64,000 bases of DNA from Lama glama (taxonomy: Eukaryota): the NCBI GenBank assembly GCA_028534125.1, contig CM052837.1, positions 37,696,001 to 37,760,000 on the forward strand, given 5' to 3'. Below, one piece after another: positions 24,361 to 36,000 of this stretch. The notes beneath the pieces were generated by a model. That model was given only the letters and a program-made list of their open reading frames with translations. It was not told where the DNA came from and did no database searches. A program made the translations under genes and the position numbers. Position 1 is the stretch's first letter. Every line of letters begins with the position of its first letter.

Positions 24361-24710
24361 TGTGTCAGTTAGGGACCAGCAGGACATAATGTCATCCTGA
24401 AATTCAGAAATTTGAGGAGAATTGAATAAAGGGATTAAGGCAGGATATAGAAAAACCGTGAAGGATAAATCGGGGTCCTCGCAGGTCTGAGGGTGGCCTG
24501 CCCAACAGGAGCCGAGACCTGAGGGCGAGGACCCTGCAGGAAGCCGGTGGAGGGGTCAATACCCCGCCCAGTCTCCTGGGGGCTCCCCGCTGGCCAATCC
24601 CAACCAGCATCCTGGAGGCAGGAGGCCCGCTGGTGCACCTGCAGGCCACCTGCGGCTGTGGGCAGGTGGAGGAGGGAGACTGGGGCTGGCTGGGTGCAGG
24701 ACACAGCACA
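24361..24710 (-). mobile_element. ERVL solo LTR (LTR33-like)
   Basis: TG...CA termini; aatttgaggagaattgaataaaggga and tggccaatcccaaccag resemble LTR33 antisense. Confidence 0.6.
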
Positions 24711-27199
24711 GGGAGGGGAACCAGTCATCGGACCAACACGCTGACTTGGGAATGAGCAGTTTGAGGAGGAGACTTGGACAGAGCTCCCTGGGTGCGGACG
24801 GGGGCAGGGGTGAGGGTGAGGCGGCCCTGTGGAACGAGCTGGCCCTGAGCTGGACCCGCTTGCAATCTGCCTTTCGTGTCCAGGGCTGTCCCTGTGAGCC
24901 GGTCTTTGGGGTGACAGGGGCTGAGGCTGGGGGGTGGAGCTGAAGGGAGCAGAGTCTGTGGGGGTGGGGAGTGTGAGGGAGGCCATCAGTGTGCGCAGGG
25001 TCCCCAGCCTCTTTGCAAAGGGGGCCGCGAGTGAGGGCACTACACCATAGCATTCGTTCATTTGACCGCCTGTTCGTTCAGCACGTGTGTCGAGCCCTCG
25101 CCAACACATTAGGATGCTCCTTGGCATAAAATCTGACATAAAAACATTACGCCAGAAGTCGGTGTGACAAAGTCCTGAACATTGATGAATTTCCCCCAGG
25201 ATGACTATTTGGACACTTCTGGGGAAAAAAGCCAAGTTCTTTCTTAAAACAATTGTTCTTGGTTCCCTGCTTTGATAATTCCCTAAACCCTGGCCCTGAC
25301 TCTTAGAAATGCAGTGGGGTGGGGGATGTGAGGGAGGTGGGTGGGGTCCCCACGGAGGAGCCTTGGCCGCAGATCTGGGAGAAGGAGGAGGAGTTTGGGT
25401 CCAGCTCAGGCTGCCCAGAGAGACGGGCTTGGCTGTAGTCCTCCTGGAGCTGCTGATGGCAGCACCCTGGTGTTGGGGGCAGGGGGGCCCCGGGGCTACT
25501 GAGGATGGTGGTGAACAGAGCTGGGGCAACGTGGGATGGGGTGTGCAGAGGATGCCCTCACAGTTCGCCGCCAGGTCAAAGGAGAAGGAAGATTCCTCTC
25601 AGGGCACCTCTGGGACGGGTCCAGGACCCACAGGAGGCCCTGCCCCGTTTGGGGAGGGGGATCTGAGGACAGAGATCGGTTCTGCTGGTGACAGTTGGAC
25701 TTGGGGAACCCATGGGGGCCCCAGGCTGTGCCTGCGGGATAAGGTGATGTAGGAAGCTCTCGCAGAAGACGGGCTGAGGGGCTGGCCCCATGGCCTCCCA
25801 CCCTGGTTTCCCAGGATGTGGTGTTTCCAGGACTCTCAGTTTTAACACCAAGACAGTCTGGACAAATCTTTATGAGCTGACTGACCCCTTGTAGGTCTTT
25901 GTTCCTGATGTGGCTGAGCTGAGTGGCAGCTGCCTCTGTGTCTGAGGGTCCAGGGCCCCACAGGAAAGAAGCCAGGTCAAAGTTCAAGCTTCTTCCCCAA
26001 CCCCGAAGCAGGATGGCTGTGGGCACAGAGGGCAGCCGTGCCCAGGGAGCCGCCGGCTCCCAGGTGAGGCATCTGCTCCCATTTGCAGGGCACTGCTGCC
26101 CCCTGGGACCTCTTGTTCTCCTGCTCCAGACAGAGTCCTCTGCACAACTGGCCTTCGCTGCCCTGTGATTTCTGGTGTTTGGGGACGGAGGGTGGGTCAC
26201 CTGTGTGCTGTTGACCTGGACTGTGGCTCAATCCTCCTTGTTGGTACCAGGCTGACTGCTCTGCATTTTTATGGTGAATTTGTTTCCTGAGCCATCATTG
26301 AAATTCTGGAAGCAGGGGAAATGCATTTGCTCCATCACCTTCCGGATGTGACAAGTCCTATAAAATCTGTTAGAGCTTTTAATGAAATCCTTGCTCAGAG
26401 CTGCTCTGTGAATGAATGTGGAATCGGAATTTAAATTGAAATGTTGTTTTTGTAGTCTGGAGGCTCTGTCTGGGGAGAAGTTAAAGGGACAGCCCACCTT
26501 TCTGCCGTAATTCTCAGGCTTGATGGGTGCCTTGCTTGGTGGCCCTCTGACTGGATGCTCAGGGCCTCCTCAGACCCTCCGGCTGCTGGGGAGAGACACT
26601 CCCCACGCCAAGCTCACAGAGGATACTGTGCAGAGGAGAAGGCAGGTGCACCTGTGGGCCAGGTAACCACTGGGGCCTGGAGATGAATGTATTTACTTAC
26701 AAGCAGATGCAGGTCCTGCACTCTGGTGACGCTGCAGGCTGCCTCTGTCTTGCCCCAGGTGAAGAAGTGGTGCTATAGGAGCTGAGCTGAAATTTGCATC
26801 CCTTCCGGGGGACGAGGGTGACATCGGCAGTGAGTGTGAAAGGCCACGTTTGGCACAGAGCATGTTCCAGGCCCAGGACAAGCCTCTCCTGCCCTCTTGA
26901 CCGTCCTGAAGTTCTGGGTCCTTGGCCACCAAGATGGGAATTTGAGTGTGTGGTCCCTCCCACCCATCTGTGAGGCTCTTTTTACAGCTCCAACGTCACT
27001 AGTAACCTGGGAAACACGTGAGGCTGGCAAAACTGAAAACTCAAGATTCTCTAAGCGTGAGTGAGTGGGTGTGAGGGGTGAGCTTCATGCAGCAGCAAGA
27101 AGACGACCAGCAGAAGCCCCAGAGAGCCTCACCTGTGCTCCCAGGGTCACCCGTGCTCCCAGGCCACCCAAGGCACCCAGTGGCAAGGAGACAGAGTCA

Positions 27200-27640
27200 T
27201 TAAAAATGTATTTGTCATGACAAGAAGTGGACTTGGTATCCGTCAACAGGAAAAACAGAGATGTGGTTTATTTATGCCGTTTGGGGCCACACTTTTAAAA
27301 TCAGCTAGACTACCTAGTTCTGATACACCTGAAAAATACTCACCTGTATGGTCCTCTGCTCTACCAGCTGAGCTGTCAAAGGGTGTGCACCTCAAAATAG
27401 CACTGAGTGATAAAAGCAAGTGCACAGGGTTTTGTTCCACGTGATCACATCAACATAATCTTCAGAGAACATTACGCGCTCTTCTTGGATGTATACATAG
27501 GTGGTAAAACGATGAAAACACGCAGAGATGGCACAGACCAGTTTCAGAGATGCTCCCTCCGGGGAGCACGGCAAAGATCTGAGTGTTTATTGTCGTCGTC
27601 TCTGGGTTTGAACACTTTCTTGCTTAAAAATTTAAAAACA
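27200..27640 (+). mobile_element. Old L1 3' UTR fragment (L1ME-like)
   Basis: A-rich; ctgagtgataaaagcaag, tacataggtggtaaaacgatgaaaa. Confidence 0.5.
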
Positions 27641-30600
27641 AAGATTATGGGGCATGGGATGAGGAGGCAGGCTGAAGGACGTTCATCCCCAGGTGGCGGA
27701 GGGAGTGATCTGGCAGTGGAGGACTGGACATAGGGGGTATGTTGAGGATTCCGGGCAGAATTTTGAAGGAGGAAGACCTGAAAAGAAGGAGAGTCCCAGA
27801 GCAAAGGGCAGCTGGGGGGCCTGGGGGTGCTGGGGGCACCCGGGGGGGGGAGCCGAGGCGGGCAGGTGCTCAGGTTCTAGCCTTGAGGTGGTGCGGAGCA
27901 GGCAACATGGGGTCACAATGATACTTCTGAGAACCTCGAGCCCAGGTGGGGACCTGTGCCAGCGCCACACCCAGAGTCCGGGGTGGGGCGCAGTTCCTCC
28001 CCATCCAGGCTTCAGGGTCCATGCAGGTCAGGATGGGGGGCGGTATGGAGATACGGGATGGAGGTGGCTGTGGAGCTAAGGAGTGAGCCCCTTCAAGGCT
28101 GAGAGCATGTGTAATTCCACCTCCAATGGATGACGATCACGGGCTGACTTGGCCATGGAGAGCAGAAGCGTACAGTGTAATGCTAACTTTTTATTCACGG
28201 CGCAGCTGCTAACCGCACCACAAACAAGTTTCACCAGCCACTGCTGCTTGCTCACTTGCAAGTCAGCTCGTTACCCTCCTGGTGGGTCCCCCTCCTCTCC
28301 AGATCCCCCTGAGCCCACCCTGTCCTGCCATCCCTGCTCGGAGATTCTTTTGTGCTCATGACCCTCAGGATGGCACCCCCGCTGGGGCTCCTGAACCTCA
28401 CGGTGCATGTGCAGGGCTGGCCTCTCCTCTCCCCTCCCTTGTAACAGTCCCCCAGCTTGGCCCCCCACCATCTCTTTACAACACCAGTAGTGACACAGAC
28501 CTGGAACTTGGCTCCCCACGATCCGAGTCTTCCTTGGACTTGGTCCTGCCCCTCTTCCCAGGAGGCACCTCCTAGGGGCCCGAGGGCCAATCATATCTTC
28601 ATTCCTTCCTTCCTTGGGCCCTGACCACCTCCCTGCTTAGGCCTGCCTCCCGGGGCCCTCTGCAGGCTGGCCCCAGGGTGAGCCCAGGTGGGGCTGAAGC
28701 AAAGTGAAGTCTGAGCTGGTCGGTCAGCACGCAGACACAGTGACTCCTGCCCCCAGACAGCAGCGGGCCCTGGTTTCTGAGCACTGACAGTGACCTTCTG
28801 GGTGGGATTTCTAGAGTCCTCTTCAGGCACCCTCAGGACGCAGACCCTGGCTGGGCACTTCCTGTGGGCAGAGCCTCCAGCACCTTCCCCTGAGGCTTCC
28901 CCTCCACGCTGGGGTCCAGTCCAGGCTTGGCGGCACATACTTGTATTGGAGCCTCCAGTGGGGGAAGGGAGATTATTCCCATCCCACCAACCCATTCAGT
29001 TTTTAGATCAAACGTTACTAGAGCCACGTGGGTGGGTTGGGAGTGGCCAGACTGAAGCAGGCTGGTGGGAACGGACACTGGGGTCCGTCCCCGACAAGGG
29101 CTCACTTTGGGGAAAAGGGTCCAGGTTCAACACAGGGCCTGGAGGTCGGTGGTGGCACACGGTGGAGTCATGAGGGGAGTCCCCAGGCTTGGGCTCTGGG
29201 CCATGCTTAAGCTGATCAGAGTCGTGACCCCTGGCCCTCCAGCGGCCTGGGGACAGGGATGCTGGGTGGCAGGAGGCCTCCCCCTACCCAGTTCACAGGG
29301 CCAGGCCCCCCAGAGACACCTGGTGTCTATGACTGGGGCTCACCACCTTGCATACGGGGCTGGACTTCTCCACCCCGGCCAGGCAGGACCCGTCCCTGGA
29401 CTGGGCAGGACAGCAGAGGTTTTGGGCCGCTGAGTGTTGGAGGAGAGGCTTACACACTAATGAGGGAAACAGAAACCATGCTCCTGTTTGTACTCTGAGC
29501 TGGTGAGGGATCATAGTACCCACTCCCCCTCCCACATTTCCTGGACCCTTCTCATGGAGTCCAGGGGATGGTCTGGCCCAACCTGTTTTTTGAGTCTTCT
29601 GGTTGGGCAGGGGAACAGATCTGTCACAACCACACCAAAGTGCTGTGGTGGACAGAGGGCTGTGGGGCCTGGGGTTCCAGGAGCCCTGGCTCTCAGCCCT
29701 GGGCCGGGGGCTGGTGGTCACTGATGGGTGGCAGTGGACCAGAGGTCAGGCTGCGTGCGGCCCAGGGCCTGGTGAGGTGCCTCAGCCCGCTTGTGGATTC
29801 TGCCCATGTAAGTAAGGGAGACTGTGGGCCCTGCCAGGGCCGGGCACTCCCTGGGTTTGAGCCTGGGCCCTTCTTCCTGTGTCCACCAGCCCCAGCTCCA
29901 AATCTGGCAGGGCTCGGGCTAGGCCCAGGGTCATGAGACAAAGAGCAGCTCTGGCGGAGGCCCTGGGCAGCTGAGGGGCTTCAGCTCGGCCTGGGGGATG
30001 GGCCACTGACTCCTTGCAGAGCACCCTCCCCCCTCTTTCACCCCTAGACTCTGTTTTCAATCAGTTCAATTAGCACAACTTTGAAGCAATTAGGGAGACC
30101 CTGCTGCAGGCAGTGCTGAGTGCACTCGGCCCCCTGTCCTGCAGCCTGCCAGCTGCTGCACCAGCCTTGCGGGTCCTGCTTCCCCTGACCCAGCTCAGGC
30201 CGCACCTTCTTTTGAGGCTCTGCAGAGGGAAGGGGGCAGCCTAGGGGAGAGACCCAGAGTGGGAGGGACGAGGAATAGAAAATCCGTCTCCCTTGGGCCC
30301 TGGGCCTAGACTCACAGAGGAGACAGAGTAAGGATGCTGGTTAGAAGCTCAGCCGCTGAGCCAGGGTGGTGGGTGCAAATTCAGGGCCCACTCCTGAGAG
30401 CTGCCTCTTCCTCCCCCTCCCCCCTGCAGAGGGAGGAGGAGGACTGGGTAAGTTTGTGACATTCCTGATCATCAACGCTGCTCCCTTCTGTGGTCTCTGG
30501 CTGGAGGGAAGGAGTCTACAGCAGTTTTCTGGGGAGGGGGAAATGTGCCACTCTCTGCCCCTACACCATGGCCTCCAGGGACCCCCAGCTTGGCACCTCT

Positions 30601-32764
30601 TGGCAGGGCAGCCTTTGTTTAGGGCTCTGGCCTCTTCACTCTGCACACCCGGGCAAGGGGGCCCAGGCCTGTACCCTGCACTTCGCAGAGGCCTTCTGGG
30701 CCAGTTCCAGAGCCGCCGGGAGGAGGTGACCTCTCTGTGCTGCAGACGCCCTTGCTGGAGCCTGGGCTTTCTCCTCCATGCGCGTGGATGCGGCAGGGCA
30801 GGTGCAGGGGCTGACTCTGCAGACAGAGCCCTTTGTGTCAGGACCCACGTGCCACCCCCTCCCCAGGCCTTCCGGCCTGCCCCTCCTCATTCCCCCAGCC
30901 TCTCAAAGAAGGCCTGTTCCGGGAGCCTCCTCTGGGAGACTTCCCTCCCCCAGGGTGGCCTCCCTCAGATGTGTGGGGCCTGCATCTGCCCTGTGCTTCC
31001 TTCACCATCCACACTGGCCAGGGCCTGGGTAGGCCCTGAGCTGGGCACTGGGGGGACAGCCCCATTATGCCCCACCCTCCCCTGAGGACTCAGGTGCTGG
31101 ACAAATGATGACCTGATTACTTGTGCTGCTCTGTCTGTGAGGAGAGTGGCCCGGAGGAGGGGGCCAGGGCCTAGAGACTCCCAGGACACCCTGACCTAAT
31201 CTGGAAACTCCAGAGAGAGGGTTTAGCAGGAGGACCAAGGGAAGGAGCTGGGTGGGGCAAAGCCTGGGAGATGGGAGGGAGCAAACCCTCCTGAGTGTGG
31301 CTGAGCTCAAGGGAGGGGTGGGGCTGAGGCCTGAGGGGGTCTGGAGGGCAGAGGGCAGGAGGAGGCCTGTGCTTTATCCTGCAGTGAAGGTGGATGCAGG
31401 GAGGTTCTGGGCCTGGGCCAGGAGGGGGGTGGGCCCCTCCTGTTCTCCCCCTGAAGAAGGGGCTTGCCTGACTCAGCGGGGACCGCCTCCCTGCTCTTTT
31501 GTGTCCCATGGCCTAGCAGGGCGAGCCAGGCCGGCCGTGGACAGCTGAAATGGGCTGGGGTGGGCGGGGGACGTGTTTGCTCTCAGTGGCAGGAGACGAA
31601 AGGAATCAGCACCCCCACCGTTGTTACACTGATACTGTGTCCAGCCGCCCGGTCCACACCCACGCCTGCCGGCAGTGTTCCCTGGGGGCCCCATCACGTA
31701 GGGCTGGGGCGCAGGCAGGTTTCCATGGCCTGTGTCCCCACAGCTACCACGGAGCAGGGGTGAAACCCTAAGGAGGGCTCCCCAAGGGAGGGATGCTGAG
31801 GGGTGCAAAGCAGCAAGCGGATCACCAGCCCAGAACGTCCATTAGAAAGAGGGCACCACCCACAGAACTAAAGGAGGGGACCACCCGCAGAGCTACGAGC
31901 TACTTCACTGTCACTTCAAAACCCAGCAACCTCCCTTCTGACCTTGTGTGTCTGTCCCTGGGGTTGAGGGCCTCCTGGTGGTCAGGGGCTGCTTCCCGGC
32001 CCCTCCCTGCCGCCACCAAGGGCTCCCGAGGGATCTTGGCGATGCCTAATGCCCTCTCCCTGTGCTGGCTCTTCCCATTACAAATTCTCCACTTCCTGAT
32101 GGAGCAATTTCCAACATAATGGCCCCACGCTGCAAGATAAATGTGAAAAACCACCAAAGAGAGGCCTGGGGATGAGATACTTCTTCGGAGCGCCATCTGC
32201 AGAAGGCAGTCTGGCTGCCGGCAGGGCCTCCGTTCAGGTCTAGGGGAAAGACCTGGAAGACACTGACAGGCACTGGTCCTGAGCAGAGCAGACCAGAGGC
32301 CTGCATGGCTCCCAGCCCAGTGGGAGAGGCACAGAGAGGCACGCATGTGCAGGGGCCACACCCCAGGGGAGGTGCAGGGCTGCAGGTCTCTGGAGGAAGG
32401 GTGCTTGGGTGGAGACGAGGTGCAGCCTGTCCCACAATGAGGGCAATCTGAGAGCGCCCCTGCTGTGCCCAGCAGCTGCAAAGGCCCTTAGGAGTGGAGA
32501 CCCAAGAGACCCTGGTCTGGGGGAAGCATGCGGCCCACCTCGAGGAAGGCCTCCTGGTCTGAGGAGGGGGATCTAGGACACATGATGAGCCCTGGGTTGA
32601 GTGGGAGGTGGACACCAATGGATCTTGGCCTGAGTCTGGGTGCCCACCCACTAGATGGCAGCTGATGGGGATTGGTCCACACGTGGCCCTCTTCTGGGTG
32701 CCGAGTGAGACCTGTAGCTTTTGTGCTTTCTCCAGCCTCACTCTCTGTCATGGGGGCAGGAATG

Positions 32765-33022
32765 GTGTGCACACACAGACACACACATATGCAAACACCA
32801 GTGTGCATGTGCACACAGACCCACATAACAGGCGCACACACGTGCGTACACACTGCACAAGATGTGCATGCAGATGTGCACACGTGGACTCAGACGTGCA
32901 CACAAACATGCTCACACGTGTACACGTGAATGCACACGTACCCACTACAAGACGTAACCACAGATGTGCACACAGATGTACACACACGAGTACACGTAGA
33001 TGTGCACACACGCACAAGCACA
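32765..33022. repeat. Degenerate (CA/TG)n tract (similar tracts at 13140-13205 and 15455-15560)
   Basis: Directly visible. Confidence 0.85.
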
Positions 33023-36000
33023 GCTCTGCCTCTGCTGCCAGCTGTCACCTCTCCCCGCTGGCCGTGTGTCCTCCATTCAGGACAGTGGAGCTAAGGGACA
33101 AATGGGGCCTGGAGGCAGAAGGCCTGGAGCTGGTGCCCTTTACGGGCCTTCGCTTCCCAGTCTGTGGCTTGGGGATGCTGGGGCGTCATCCTCAGGCTGT
33201 TGGAGGGAGTTAGTGCACCAAGGCGAGGGGCTGGTGCCTGGTGCTGGGTTACGGTTCAGAGGGTCCAAGCGAGCTGAGAACTTTCACCTCTGAACCCTGG
33301 CTTGAGGACAAAGTCTGATGACCCTTGAAGGTCTGGATGGGGCTATGGGCTCCACTGTGCTTGGCTGGGCTCTGAGAGCCCCTGAGACGGCTGATCCTCT
33401 GCACCCTCATAGGGTGATTTGCTGAGGCCACCAAGGGCGTGGGCCAGCAGTCGGTGCTGGAGGGTCCCCAGCTCGGGGACGCTGCACGGCCCTCCCGCGG
33501 CTGACAGGTACTGGTGTTTCCCCACCCCGTCCAGCCCTGGCCTGGCCCGGCGTCGCTGCTCTGTGCCCCAGGGGCTCGGGCCAGGGTTTACTCTGTGGGG
33601 GCTCTGGGAGGGACACCCAGAGCCCCGTTTCTGTTTCCAACTACAGGAACTTGCCTGCTGAGAGGTTGGTGCCCCGGAGCGTGGGGGTCTGCAGACCTCA
33701 GGGCGCTTGAGGACAGCTGTGAGAGAGCCCCCGGTCTCGGGCTGTAGAGGTTCCTGAGTCTGGGCGTGGCTTCCTCATCCCCCCTCTAGGCTGCATGAAG
33801 GGCACAGAGACCAGAGGGCTCACAGCGGGTTCAAGGCCAGCTCCCCCAGAGGAGCCCTGTGTCCCTTCCTCTTCTTGTCTTGAGAGCTGTTCATTCAGGA
33901 AACACACAGGGTGCCCGATCCTGCGAGGGATGCCTTCCCCAGGAGGTGCTGGAGGACGTGGACCCTGCTTTGTGGAGGGGTGCCAAGGGAACAACTGGGC
34001 TGACACCCACATCTAGGTCACCAGGACTGGGGTGCCCGAGCTGGTGTTGGGGGGCCCCTTGGAGGAGGGGACACCTAGGCGGCTGGCTGTGTGGCGAGGA
34101 GTGTGTCAGCACAGGACTGCGGCCAGAGAGCACAAGTGGAGGGAGGGCCACAGAGCCACAGCAGGATGTCAGGTCCAGACACCGGAGGAGTGTGGGTTAG
34201 GGGCTCCGTGGGCAGCTGCCAAAGGGCCAGAGAAAGCCAGACTGAGCTGCCGCAAGAGAACTCAGAGGACCAGTTGGGCCATTCAGTGTTTGTTCGTTCA
34301 CTGGACAGTCATTTCATGAGTGCCCCAGAGGTGCTGGGCGCTGTCCTTCTGTGGGGCTTGTGTCTCAGTGGGTGAAAGCCAGCCAGGTTCAAGGGTGGGA
34401 GGTGTGGCATGGCCAGCTGGGGTGTCTGAGGTGCTCAGGTTGGTCAGAACCAGTGTCACTGGATGTGTAGGGAGGAGGCTAGTGTGGCTGCTGGGGTAGG
34501 CCGAGTGCAGCGGGCATGAGCCGCACTGCCCCCACCCCAGCCCGCCGCCATGACTGGCCTGGGCTGAGGATGAGTCCAGAATGGGCCTTGGAGCTGAGCC
34601 AAGAAGGGGATGTGGCAGCCCCTTCCCTGCACGAGGTGTGGGTCTGAGCTTGGATCCTGCACTGCCCCAGCCTGCTTCTCTTCCGCGGGATGCGGCTTGG
34701 CTGCCAGGAGCTTCCCACCCATCATCATCCTTCCAGGAGAAGGTGGAGCTGGAGGTGGCAGCAACCACCTAGGGGCATCAGCCACAGGTAAGCCTCTGCT
34801 GCTGATTTTCCATTCACGTCCCCATGGCACTGGAGGACCCTTCAAACAGGATGGCGTGTTCATTCACACGAAGGGTGCGGCATTGCTGGGACAGCACAGG
34901 CTGCGTTGTTTCCTTGGAGTCTCACGTGGTGTCTGGGGTCTTCCTTGGTTTAGAAACAAGTGGCAGGACAGTCCCCATGTTTCTGGGGACCCCGTGGAGT
35001 CAGGCTGGGGGGCGGGAGCCTGGGACAGGCGGCAAGGACGCAGGACAGGGTTGTGGGCTCCTTCTCTGCCTTGCATGTGCAGCTGAGCCTCAGCCACCTT
35101 GCACCGGACCCCAGGGCTTTGTGGGGTCTCAGGACTCCATGTGCCTGTCCGGCACCCACCTCCCAAGCTCTGTGTGTACACAGTGCGCACGTGAGTGTCT
35201 GTCCCATGTTCTTGTTCTGCTACACTGGGGGTGGTTTCCGAGCTTCCAGCAGGTCTGTCTTGGCTGACGCAGGACTGTGCGCCTCTCCTCCCACAATCCT
35301 GCGTATCCTTTCTTGGGTGGGGGCCTTTGGCCACCCCATGCAGGTGGCTGTTCCCCCAAGGTCACCGGGGCTTCCCAGAAGCCGCCCTCTCCCCCTGCCC
35401 TCCCCTCCAACACCCTGTGCTTGGCTGGTCCCACCACCAGCCCCCACCCCACCTGCTCTCTCTGTGAGATTTGCATACAGGTGCCCCTGCTGGTAGCAGC
35501 TGAAGGGCTGGGGGTGGAGCCAGGGCCCATGCTGGGAGGGCGGCAGCACGGGAGCACAGGTGCTGGGACAATGGCCACTTGGAAAGTGGATTTTAGTTCC
35601 TTGCCACCTCCTGAGAGCTGCAGCCTGGCTCCCGTGCCCTGGGGGGAGGTGGGCTCTGGTGTTTGGGGCCCCGGGGAGCCTTTGTGCCACCAGGTCTCTC
35701 TGGAGCCTTGTCGCGTCAGCCACTGTCCAAGCCTCCATTCCTGGTCTGTAGCTTTGTGGGGGACGGGGGTGCCTGCAAGGGTTGTGTAAGCTGAGGCCCT
35801 GTGACCGCTGCAGCTGGATGGGGTTGGGGGTGTCCCTTCAGGTGCAGGAGGACTCTCAGCCCAGGCTGCACGTTCACAGAGCCCTCCCATGAAGCCTTCT
35901 GGGCTCCCTCCCAGTGGGGCAGTGCCCAGCCAGCAGGACAGTGAGCCTGGCAGGTCTGTTGACAGACTGAGATGTCGCTGTGTGCCTGAAATGTTTATTA

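Noticed and set aside
24435-25529. 364-aa minus-strand ORF
   Set aside because: No recognisable domain, Pro/Ser/Gly composition typical of GC-rich non-coding DNA, overlaps an LTR remnant
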